Sequence record: MK250019.1
Length of the DNA stretch: 63,688 nucleotides
Direction: 5' to 3' (one strand)
Shown: one piece after another, positions 21,100 to 30,293 of the stretch
Position numbering within the stretch: position 1 is the first letter of the stretch
Layout: every line of letters starts with the position of its first letter
Notes under the pieces: generated by a model
The model's input: only the letters and a program-made list of their open reading frames with translations
What the model was told of the DNA's origin: nothing
The model's database searches: none
Made by a program: the position numbers and the translations under genes

Positions 21100-21834
21100 T
21101 TAATCATTATTAATACGTTCTGTTTTTAACTCAATAATTATATCTTCTTTTATAAATAAAACAGTATTATTATCAATATTTCTATATTCAATATTTTTAA
21201 TTACATTCACAAAATTATGAACAAAAGTATTTAATATAGATATATCTGTATCTTCTATTCTAAATATAAATTTAGATAATTCTGGATATGCTAATGATAT
21301 TTCTTTCTTTGTAAAATATTCATCTCCATTTATTAAACCTAAACATTGTCCAGATTGAAATGCAATTAATTTTAATATATCTTCTTTTGACATATTATTA
21401 TTTAATGTTGTGAAATCTATTGTTGTTAAATCAATATTTAATAATGTATTTAATCTACAATCAAAGTCACTACGTAATGCGAGTTTTACTTCTGATCTAT
21501 ATTGAGATCTAGGTAAATGAGATAAAATAGAACGTATAGAGCGTACTATCTTTAATGGTATATTGCGCTTTACATTTTTAGTAATTAATAAAGGAGTATT
21601 CTGATGATGTAAAGAATATGTATTTTTAATGGCATTATTTAATTCATCTTTTGTTCCTTTATAACAATTAGAAATAATACCATCATCAATAGTTATTAAA
21701 TTTCTATTTTCATTTTTATCAGATGAACAAAATATCTTACATTCATTTAATGACGGTAATTTATCTACAATATATGCTATGTCTATATCAGTTGAATCAG
21801 ATGAACCATATATATAATTTCCATATATTTCCAT
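21100..21834 (-). CDS. Pol-beta superfamily nucleotidyltransferase
   Basis: IYGSSDSTDIDIAYIV (GS-x-DxD). Confidence 0.6.
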   Translation of the reverse strand: MEIYGNYIYGSSDSTDIDIAYIVDKLPSLNECKIFCSSDKNENRNLITIDDGIISNCYKGTKDELNNAIKNTYSLHHQNTPLLITKNVKRNIPLKIVRSIRSILSHLPRSQYRSEVKLALRSDFDCRLNTLLNIDLTTIDFTTLNNNMSKEDILKLIAFQSGQCLGLINGDEYFTKKEISLAYPELSKFIFRIEDTDISILNTFVHNFVNVIKNIEYRNIDNNTVLFIKEDIIIELKTERINND

Positions 21835-21839
21835 TTTAA

Positions 21840-22106
21840 TTATTCTAAATTAATTTGCTTAAATATTAAATAATTCTCTAAATCTATAAGAGTCTGTAAC
21901 GATTCATCAAAGTATTGATGATCATAATTTTCATCATTTCTTGCATGCAAATCTATTAAAGCTTCATGAAATCTTGAATCAGGATATTTCTCAAAATATT
22001 TTTTCAAAATTTCCAAAATTTTCATATTACTTTCATAACGTTTACTTCTGTAATACTCAAACATCTTCTGCTCTGACTCATTTCTTTTTATATCATTCTC
22101 TACCAT
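21840..22106 (-). CDS. Hypothetical protein
   Basis: 88-aa ORF. Confidence 0.55.
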   Translation of the reverse strand: MVENDIKRNESEQKMFEYYRSKRYESNMKILEILKKYFEKYPDSRFHEALIDLHARNDENYDHQYFDESLQTLIDLENYLIFKQINLE

Positions 22107-22129
22107 AATTTATAAAATTAAATTAATAG

Positions 22130-22993
22130 TTATATACTTATATCTTTTATTTCTCTATCTAATGATATACATTTAGGATCTATATTTTCATATGTAAAAA
22201 CACTATTCTATCCTTTTGGATCATCAAAGAATCTATACATAGTTGCTTTATTTCCTTCAATATAAGAACCTCTTGTTTTTAAATCTATCTTTAATATTAC
22301 TGCATTATTTATATTTTGTTTATTCTTAAATAAATCTTTTGCATAACTTTCCAATTTATTATAATTATATTTTAAATAAAAATAAACTCTATCTGGATAA
22401 TTATCACCATTAAATTGCTTAGATCTCGGTATTAACCCATTTTTCTATATTTTCTAATATGTTTTATAATCAGTTATATGGTATAAAATACCATCACATT
22501 CCTTATATACATAATCAGTTAATTCATATATAAATTTTGGATGTAACATAAATACATAGTTATCATTCTATCGTTTTTTTACCGCAATAAAATATCCTAA
22601 ATTATAAATAATAGATTCTAGATTTATTAATGCATCTTTATTATATTCATCATCATAATCATCACAATATATATAAAAATATAATAATGGTGTTTTATCT
22701 TTCTATAATGGATTATAATCAATTCCAGCATGATGAATAAAACCATCAAAATATTTTTTTAGTTTAGATAATGCTTTATTCGGATCCATTGTATGTAATA
22801 AACCTTCATACAAATAATTTTGTTCACATTTTTTTAAGTAACTATATTGACATGTATCTTCTATACCATATTTTAGTTGATTATATGACTAAAACCATAT
22901 ATTATCTTTTGAATATTCTCTTAATGCATTATCATAATAATTAAATTTCATTTCATATAAGGTTTTGCCTATCAATCTATCATAACTATCCAT
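22130..22993 (-). CDS. ADP-ribosyltransferase-fold / Tpt1(KptA)-like protein (287 aa, 6 TAG)
   Basis: C-terminal LYHITD....KI(Q)KNGLIP...RVYFYL...VILKID...FFDDP....VFTYENIDP..I. Absent from the ORF track. Confidence 0.6.
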
Positions 22994-23132
22994 AAAATTA
23001 AATATTTATAAAAATTTAATTATTTATTACATTTATCGAATATATTGCAAACCTTACTAATAGTTTTCAAAAAATTATTAATAAAAAATAGGTTATGAAA
23101 TACGAGATTTCATAACCTATTAATACTTCATG

Positions 23133-23218
23133 CGGAAGCTGTAGGATTCGAACCTACGGGCCGTCTCCGGTCTCGGGTTTTCAAGACCCGCGCAATCGAC
23201 CAACTCTGCCAAACTTCC
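23133..23218 (-). tRNA. tRNA-Ser(TGA)
   Basis: Type II cloverleaf, CGGGT-CTTGAAA-ACCCG, G73. Confidence 0.93.
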
Positions 23219-23359
23219 AAATAAAAATTAGGATTTATATTCTGTGAGAATCCTTTAACTCAGTACCAATACGATGGTCTCCAAGACTTTCCATTAAATA
23301 AATTTAATGTTCTTGTAGTTACGATTCTATATCATAATAATATAGACTATTAATAATTG

Positions 23360-23430
23360 TTGCAACTAACGGAATCGAACCGCTTACTCTCTCGCATGAT
23401 GAGAATGTGTTGCCATTACACCAAGATGCA
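23360..23430 (-). tRNA. Atypical tRNA with CAT anticodon
   Basis: Cloverleaf with loop ATCATGC and a T-T mismatch in the acceptor. Confidence 0.6.
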
Positions 23431-23552
23431 TGCAGAGTTTTATCGATCGCTTATTATCTCTGTCATTCATATTTCCCCATTTATGATATTACTTTATAGA
23501 TACACAATCGCGAACAGTTATCTATATTCATAAAATAAACGTATCATACTAG

Positions 23553-23627
23553 TTGCGGAAGGGTGGGACTCGAACCCACGATCTTTTGCTTATGAGACAA
23601 ACGAGATACCAACTTCTCTACCCCGCG
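23553..23627 (-). tRNA. tRNA-Met(CAT), initiator-like acceptor
   Basis: CGCGGGG with C1xA72; 2-nt bulge in the acceptor; lacks the three G-C pairs in the anticodon stem. Confidence 0.75.
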
Positions 23628-23971
23628 ATATATAAAAACATAAAAATAATAATGAATTCATAGATGGATTCCTGACTACCATCAAACCTCATTACATATT
23701 AAGCACATTATTCAGTCACTACAAGTTAGTTCATGACGCTAACTTTTTATGTAGGAAGGATTGATTACCTTCAAAGGCTACAGACATCATTCCATTAAAA
23801 CGATTTGACCTTTCTTACGTCACTCACAGTTGGCCAACTGTGGTTATTTTAACCTTATGCTTCTTAATATTGATTACTCTAAATCATATCTTTTCAAATA
23901 TAACCTAAATGCCTTATTTGCTGTCCACAAATTATTCAGCAATATAAAAACATTATTAAGTTATGTTATTG

Positions 23972-24157
23972 AGCTCCGAGTCGGATTCGAACCAACGACC
24001 TGCTCATTGCTCTATGCTGAAGAAACGAACTTCAGATATTATAAATTTAATTCTCATTAAATTTTTGCATTAACCACTATGCTACATAGAGTTTAATTTT
24101 TTTCAATCTTTATTGATTGTAAACAAGTGAGCTGCACTACCACTGTGCTATCGGAGC
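23972..24157 (-). tRNA. tRNA-Thr(TGT) interrupted by a 114-nt intron (24009-24122)
   Basis: GCTCCGA/TCGGAGC acceptor; GCTCA-CT-TGT [intron] AA-TGAGC. The intron holds a tRNA mimic at 24009-24091. Confidence 0.85.
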
Positions 24158-24237
24158 ATAAATTTTATTAACTTATTATTTATCTAATTTACTTTAAAAA
24201 TTAATAATAAATCAAAAAAATATTTCATAATTATTTG

Positions 24238-24318
24238 TACCTTCACTCGGACTCGAACCGAGACGTAATTAAACCTAGCTCCTTAGGCTAGTGACTATAC
24301 CAATTCGTCTATGAAGGT
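24238..24318 (-). tRNA. tRNA-Leu(AAG)
   Basis: CTAGC-CTAAGGA-GCTAG, variable arm, A73. Confidence 0.85.
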
Positions 24319-24393
24319 ATTAAAATTAGTTTCATAAAGAAACTTTTTATTTAATAACGTAAATTTAAAATAATTTATTTTTAACTATTTTAG

Positions 24394-24467
24394 TAGTGCG
24401 TACCGGGATCGAACCGGTGAAATACCAGCGTGAAAAACTGGCGACTTAACCACTTGTCAAACGCACC
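24394..24467 (-). tRNA. tRNA-Glu(TTC)
   Basis: CCAGT-TTTTCAC-GCTGG. Confidence 0.9.
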
Positions 24468-24489
24468 AAATTTTTTTAAAATACATTAT

Positions 24490-24518
24490 ATTATATATAA
24501 CTTTTTAAATAAAGTCTA
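24490..24518 (-). promoter_or_regulatory. sigma70-like promoter TAGACT-N17-TATAAT
   Basis: Inside the tRNA array, upstream of tRNA-Glu. Confidence 0.6.
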
Positions 24519-24550
24519 TATATTTATTAAAAATATTTTCAAAATATTTG

Positions 24551-24654
24551 TGGGAACAACAGGATTCGAACACTGTGACGTAAGATCATTTCAACCGGTT
24601 TGTAAATACAACCCACTTACCATGGGTCTCTCACACCAACGAGAAGGTATTCCC
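24551..24654 (-). ncRNA. Degenerate tRNA-like RNA (GTA loop, long extra arm)
   Basis: GGGAATA/TGTTCCC acceptor, ACCCA-TGGTAAG-TGGGT, bulged T arm. Confidence 0.5.
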
Positions 24655-24659
24655 AAATA

Positions 24660-25310
24660 TTATAATTTATTTATATATTCCTTTAATTCTTTCGCTTTAT
24701 ATGGTAATTCATATTTTTTACACCATTTCTTTATAGCATTACCAGAAATACCATATAATCTTCCAATATTTTCAAATGTAATATATTTCCTAAATAATTC
24801 TATTAACTCTTCTTTTGAAGGAATAATATAATTTTTATTGGTTTTTATATTATCAGATATTTTATTATACTAACTAATTATAGAATTGTCTTTAAATTTA
24901 TATATTAAATTATTAACAGCATTATCATCTTTTATAATTTCTGTTGGACATTCTAGTAAATTACTATGTATTTCTCGATGGCAATTAGAACATACTAATA
25001 CACATTTATCTAATTCTGTTTTTACTTTATTCCAACTTCTAGTATAACCTCTACTTCCTATTGCAAAATCTTTCTATTCAGGATTAATATGATGAAATTC
25101 TAATGCTGAAATACATTTATTATAACCACAACATTGACATCTATTCCCTTTATATGCTAATGCTAATAGTTTTATATGATCTCTTCGTTTCTAAACATAT
25201 TCAGACTAACATTTCATGCATTTCCAATGAATTGAATTATCATAAAAATACTATTTAAATAAAGTATTCCCATGCTTTTTGCATATACGATATTCTTTTA
25301 TATCACTCAT
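24660..25310 (-). CDS. HNH homing endonuclease with C-terminal HTH (216 aa, 5 TAG)
   Basis: CQCCGY...LEFHHINPE(Q)KDF...KCVLVCSNCHREIH; starts 4 nt after tRNA-Asn. Confidence 0.85.
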
Positions 25311-25314
25311 ATTG

Positions 25315-25388
25315 CGCTTCGGAATGGACTCGAACCATTGACTTTCTGATTAACAGTCAGACGTTCTAACCAACTGAACTACCGAAGC
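25315..25388 (-). tRNA. tRNA-Asn(GTT)
   Basis: Canonical cloverleaf. Confidence 0.95.
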
Positions 25389-26056
25389 AAATATTGAATA
25401 GTTTATCTTCGGACACTATTCATAAATTATTAAAATTCAGTCATATACTTACCGAGAATTATATATGCACTATATCATGAAAGTTTATTCATAATGGCAC
25501 TACTTATCATGATTAAAACCATATTCAACTTTGGTAACTAATATTCATATAGGAAAAATATCTTACCATCTCATCTTAAATATATGGTTGAATAACATAT
25601 ATTCATAATTATTTTTTAGAACCTATATTAAAATCAAAAAAATGCATATCATTATTATAAGAAATAATTAAAACTTATAATAAAGTCTCGAGCTATGCGC
25701 AATATCTTTATAAAAAATGTAAATATAAAACAGATAATATTGAATAACAAATTCTTTTTATAACTGTTTCATTATTTAAATCTACATCTTTTGTCCTATC
25801 TCTCTATATATGTAAATCATAAAGAAGATTATGTGAACGCCATTCATTTATTAAACTATACATACTTCTTTTATGAATTATATAACTATTATCACATCTC
25901 TATTTAATACTATTAATAACATATTTCATGTTCTTAATAGATTTTATTTGGTAACTATCAATAATACATATATTATCTTTACTAATAATTACTTCTGGAT
26001 TAATCATAAATATATTTTTAACTATTTCATATATTTATTCATAATCAACATTATTG

Positions 26057-26129
26057 TGACTCTGGTAAGATTCAAACTTACGACTCACTCCTTAGAAGGG
26101 AGTTGCTCTATTCACTGAGCTACAGAGCC
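26057..26129 (-). tRNA. tRNA-Arg(TCT)
   Basis: ACTCC-CTTCTAA-GGAGT. Confidence 0.92.
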
Positions 26130-26160
26130 AAATAACAACATAGATATGTTAAATAAGTTG

Positions 26161-26234
26161 CGGTACGTACGAGATTCGAACTCGTGACTTCTACAGTGAC
26201 AGTGTAGCGCTCTGACCAACTGAACTAACGCACC
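26161..26234 (-). tRNA. tRNA-Asp(GTC)
   Basis: CTACA-CTGTCAC-TGTAG, G73. Confidence 0.95.
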
Positions 26235-26464
26235 AAATTAAAAAACAGAAGTCATTTATATATTAAGTATTTGAGTTATTAAATATATTCCAAAAATATA
26301 TTAATCACTTTGTAAACATTATTATAAAAATAAGTTTGCTGTATTGACTTCCATATTCATAAACAAATCTCATTAAACACTTACATTTCTTACTAATAAA
26401 AGTCTCATCGTAAGTCAAATACTTCAATTATTATTTATGAATTATTATATTATTTAAATTTGTG

Positions 26465-26539
26465 TGGGCCCAGTAGGACTTGAACCTACGACCTTCAGAT
26501 TATGAGTCTGCTGCTGCTAACCGTCTGAGCTATAGGCCC
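26465..26539 (-). tRNA. tRNA with CAT anticodon, Ile2-like (or elongator Met)
   Basis: GGGCCTA/TGGGCCC acceptor resembles bacterial Ile2. Confidence 0.85.
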
Positions 26540-26606
26540 AAATAATATATTTTTATATTATGTAATTAAAATATCTATATTATTAATATTAAAATTTAAT
26601 TTATAG

Positions 26607-26679
26607 TGTTCCGTACGAGACTCGAACTCGTTACCCCGATATTAAAAGTATCGTGCTCTGCCAGATGAGCTAACGGAAC
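26607..26679 (-). tRNA. tRNA-Lys(TTT)
   Basis: CGATA-CTTTTAA-TATCG. Confidence 0.92.
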
Positions 26680-26689
26680 CGCATATTAA

Positions 26690-27508
26690 TTACATAACCT
26701 AATATAATTTATCTAATCGTTCATTATATCTCCAAAATTGACAATGTAATTTATTTATAATATTATTCTAACGAATTATATCTTTATCTGATAAAATATT
26801 ATTATATACATCTTTATAATGTTTAGGTTCATCATATTCAAATACAATATTTTTTTCTTTATCATATCCATCAAGAAAATAACCTAAAATCTCACATTCA
26901 CCGCCATTTCCGTAATACTATAAATTCCAGTTATTTTCTTTATTTAATTTTTCTATATATTCTCCAGAATTTTTATTAAATCGTGGATTGTGAAATCCTT
27001 TATTCTTTTTCAAATATTCAATTGCACCTAATCGCTATTTATATTTATGATCTTCTGTATGATGTGTACCTAAATTATAGGGTATATTTTTACCAGACAT
27101 ATAATTCTATCTAATTGTAATTGATTGCTATTTTACGCTATCACTTGTTTTTATAGTTAAACCTTTATTCCATGCAATATGTCCTTTTGTTGCTCCATTA
27201 TTGCCATGATGTATTTCTCTATTAGGATTCATATGACAATATCTTTCATGATATTTTATACCATAAATTGAATATAAATTATTACAAAACTAACAATTAA
27301 CTTTCTAACAATTAATTTTCTTTATCTTAAAATCTTTCTATTTAAACTATAAATCAATATTATATTTTTCAACTATTATTTTTAAATAATTTATATTTCC
27401 TGAATTCTAATAACAATTTAACTATCGCAAACAATCATTATATGATGTACAATTATTTAATTTCTAAATAATTTCATTATCACTAATCTATTTAATATTA
27501 TTTTTCAT
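26690..27508 (-). CDS. Vsr/EDxHD-like PD-(D/E)XK homing endonuclease (272 aa, >10 TAG)
   Basis: AWNKGL and HHTEDHK NUMOD-like segments; GYFLDGYDKEKNIVFEYDEPKHY. Absent from the ORF track. Confidence 0.75.
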
Positions 27509-27533
27509 GTTTTCAAAGAACTAAATACATAAT

Positions 27534-27562
27534 ATTATATGTAAAACTTAAAATAAAGTCTA
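27534..27562 (-). promoter_or_regulatory. sigma70-like promoter TAGACT-N17-TATAAT
   Basis: Upstream of the 27508 endonuclease. Confidence 0.6.
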
Positions 27563-27593
27563 TTTTTAATAGATTATTTTTTAAATTATTTTG

Positions 27594-27667
27594 TTGGGTG
27601 GGTGAGACTTGAACTCACGACCTCTTGCTTATCAGGCAAGCTATCTAACCAGCTGATATACCACCCA
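27594..27667 (-). tRNA. tRNA-Ile(GAT)
   Basis: CTTGC-CTGATAA-GCAAG. Confidence 0.92.
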
Positions 27668-27673
27668 AAATTA

Positions 27674-27934
27674 AAACAAGTAGATTTACGAGACACAGCT
27701 TCTTCACCCTTTATAAAGGAAACTCGCTATTAGGCACTTGCGCTGTTTTACGAAGTTGTTGTGTGTCAACTTATGGCTTCTCACGAAATTTGCTGCTCTT
27801 CACATCTATGATCGAAATCAAACCAATTCTTTTCAATAATTGACCTGTAACCCTTATCAGTTCTTCAGTATATAACATAAGCTAGCATTACTATACACTT
27901 ACTCATTATTATAATCAGAAGTCTATACTTGTTT
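27674..27934 (-). ncRNA. Candidate structured ncRNA closed by a terminal stem
   Basis: AAACAAGTA...TACTTGTTT ends; GC-enriched and non-coding; lies between two tRNAs. Confidence 0.4.
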
Positions 27935-27939
27935 TTTAG

Positions 27940-28022
27940 TAGAGATAAAGGGACTCGAACCCTTACACTTTAACAGTATATGCTCCTAAGGCATACGTGG
28001 CTACCAATTACACCATATCTCT
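27940..28022 (-). tRNA. tRNA-Leu(TAG)
   Basis: TATGC-CTTAGGA-GCATA, variable arm. Confidence 0.92.
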
Positions 28023-28028
28023 AAAATG

Positions 28029-28182
28029 TGGACCCTCGTGGAATCGAACCACGACCTCTGGATTGTCTCTATAAATGGAATCGAACCATTAATAATAACC
28101 ATTAATATTATAGAGATTGATTTAATACAGTTTACTCTGTTAATTCAGTCCAGCGTACAGGCACCAGCCATACGCAAGGTCC
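28029..28182 (-). tRNA. tRNA-Phe(GAA) interrupted by a 79-nt intron (28065-28143)
   Basis: GGACCTT/AGGGTCC; CTGGA-CT-GAA [intron] AA-TCCAG. The intron holds a minimal tRNA mimic at 28065-28116. Confidence 0.85.
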
Positions 28183-28191
28183 ATTTATGTG

Positions 28192-28271
28192 TTGCGGGTC
28201 TTAGAGTCGCACTAAGTATCGCATAGCTTATGAGACTAGCATGATTTATATATCTGTTTCACCCCCCCGCA
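28192..28271 (-). tRNA. Atypical tRNA with CAT anticodon
   Basis: GCGGG/CCCGC acceptor, loop CTCATAA, T loop TGCGACT, enlarged D loop. Confidence 0.55.
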
Positions 28272-28443
28272 ATATTATATTATTATTTTTTAAATAGGCC
28301 ATTTTCACTGGTTATATTTAAACTATTCCATTGTCCTCAGCTATCTAACGTTCTTTTTCTTTCTAACCCAAATGATTAATTTTAAGGTAATTACGCTATT
28401 TAATAGCGTCACTGAGAGTTGTTTAGAACCTATACTTTATTTG

Positions 28444-28510
28444 TCAGATTTAGAGATTCGAACTCCTTAGACTTATTCCCGCGCGTCCTATTCGTCAATC
28501 TACCCATCTG
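28444..28510 (-). ncRNA. tRNA-like remnant
   Basis: CAGAT/ATCTG ends and a TTCGAAT loop; other arms are weak. Confidence 0.3.
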
Positions 28511-28549
28511 TAGAAATACAGTTCCCACACTGTAAGTCACCTGTAATTG

Positions 28550-28620
28550 TTGGACTAGTAGGACTCGAACCTACTCAAATAGCGTCAAAGGCTATTGTGC
28601 TGCCATTACACCATAGTCCA
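28550..28620 (-). tRNA. tRNA-Gln(TTG)
   Basis: ATAGC-CTTTGAC-GCTAT. Confidence 0.93.
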
Positions 28621-28637
28621 GTATTTATATCACATAG

Positions 28638-28874
28638 CGGTTGTAATTGGATTCGAACCAATAATCTACCCACGACCTTGGGTCATTCTACGAGTAAACG
28701 ATAATTTTTTTATTCATTATAAGCAAATAATTATAAAATCAATAACGGTATAAGAGCTTAAGATTAATACCATTCGATCCGCAAACATCTCATATTAATT
28801 ATTATAATATTCGAAATAAATATTCATTTTAATTACCAGTTTTAACTACTCCACCTGTTTTGAACTATACAACC
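28638..28874 (-). ncRNA. tRNA-framed RNA with about 170 nt inserted in the D loop
   Basis: GGTTGTA/TACAACC-G acceptor, GTTC...GAAT D stem, ACCCA-AGGTCG-TGGGT, ATTGG-TTCGAAT-CCAAT. Confidence 0.55.
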
Positions 28875-28897
28875 ATATTATTAAAAATAGACGTTCC

Positions 28898-28975
28898 TAT
28901 CTGATTTGCACAGCACCCTATACCATAATGATATAGATTCTAACTATTAAACTATCAGAACATTAAATATACTTA
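28898..28975 (-). pseudogene. Degenerate tRNA-like sequence
   Basis: GTTCT/GGAAC ends, CTATA/TATAG stem, TGCAAAT loop. Confidence 0.3.
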
Positions 28976-29014
28976 ATAACTAGTATATAAAAATATATCC
29001 TCTATTTTTATTTC

Positions 29015-29425
29015 TTAATTTGATGGATGATAATAATCTTTCCAATTATTAAATGTATTCTTTATTGATAAATTTTGTAAATATTCAACAGAATAACATT
29101 TATTAGTATGTATTATTCTATGATGATTTGGACATACAATAATTAAATTTGAAACATCATCAGTTCCACCATTACATTTCTCAATTATATGATGAATATC
29201 ACATGTTGATTCATTCCAACCACATATTGCACAACCTATTTTAGAACGATTTAAAATCTTTGATATTGTTCTTTTTGAACAATCTAATATAGAATTTATT
29301 TCTTGTTCTTTTGAATGTTTTCTATGTTGTTTACATTCATCACATCTTATATATCTATCTTTACGGATTGTCTTATTAGTTAAAAAAGATTTTCCACATA
29401 TTTCACATATATACTAATATTCCAT
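29015..29425 (-). CDS. HNH endonuclease (136 aa, TAG at codon 4)
   Basis: CAICGW...CDIHHIIEKCNGGTDDVSNLIIVCPNHHRIIH; directly after tRNA-Tyr. Confidence 0.85.
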
Positions 29426-29432
29426 AATAATG

Positions 29433-29515
29433 TGGGTGAGGCAGGACTCGAACCTGCGAAGTCAAATGACAGCTGATTTACAGTCAGCCCCCTTTGCCGC
29501 TCGGGACACTCACCC
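29433..29515 (-). tRNA. tRNA-Tyr(GTA), canonical type II
   Basis: GCTGA-CTGTAAA-TCAGC, long variable arm, A73. Confidence 0.95.
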
Positions 29516-29850
29516 AAAATTAATGAAATATTTCGAAGAAATTGCATCTTCTAATAATCTTACAGCTTACCCTTTAGGTTTTTTAATAGCTTGCCTGTTA
29601 CTTCACAGGAACAAAATATTTCATTAAAAATTACCCGAAACATTCATTGTCGTCACAGTCACATCTATAGGATTTAAAAATAGATTCTAACCAGGAAGAG
29701 TTTGCTCTACATCATCAGATTTATTTTATATTTAGACTTAATAATAAACCCTACATACTTACCATATAACTCTTTTATTTAATAGTCATATAAATACACT
29801 GTCTAATAATATAAGTATACAACTATTACTGTAATGTTTCGCACAAGACG

Positions 29851-29924
29851 TGGAGGTATGGAGACTCGAACCCCAGACACCCTGCGTGCAAAGCAGGTGC
29901 TCTAGCCAACTGAGCTATACCCCC
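29851..29924 (-). tRNA. tRNA-Ala(TGC)
   Basis: G3:U70; CCTGC-TTTGCAC-GCAGG. Confidence 0.95.
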
Positions 29925-29996
29925 AATATTTCTCTGTTTTAAGAGTAATATTTATATTTGAAAAACATTATATTGCCTATTCAAATAATAAAAAAT

Positions 29997-30227
29997 TGTT
30001 CACATAGGCGGATTCGAACACACCTTCTTAGATTTCATTGTGCCATTCCAATTTCATTCTTCACCTACTCTGGACATCAAGACCTTTTCTTTTGGCTTCT
30101 ATCGGACACATTATTTTTATAATCAAATAATGGAGGTCCTGCACTTTTATTCGCATTTCAACTTCACTACTCTCTTCTTTTACCTCCATCAGCATTCAGT
30201 TTTACCATAGCTAAACTATATGTGAAC
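29997..30227 (-). ncRNA. tRNA-framed 231-nt RNA with a large insert replacing the anticodon arm
   Basis: GTTCACATA/TATGTGAAC acceptor, D arm AGTTT/AAACT, TTCGAAT T loop, internal helix ATGGAGGT/ACCTCCAT. Confidence 0.65.
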
Positions 30228-30233
30228 ACATGG

Positions 30234-30293
30234 TAGGTTATGAGGAACTCGAATCCCCGTACTAATAAGTTATTAGTATCCAAAATATAACCT
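30234..30293 (-). ncRNA. Minimal tRNA-like RNA
   Basis: AGGTTAT/ATAACCT, one internal hairpin, GGGGA-TTCGAGT-TCCTC. Confidence 0.45.

Noticed and set aside
23972-28182. Alternative splice registers giving Ala(TGC) or Val(GAC)
   Set aside because: The first body has Thr identity (G1-C72, C2-G71, no G3:U70) and the second has a Phe-typical GGACTGAAAATCC arm. Disfavoured but not excluded without junction reads.
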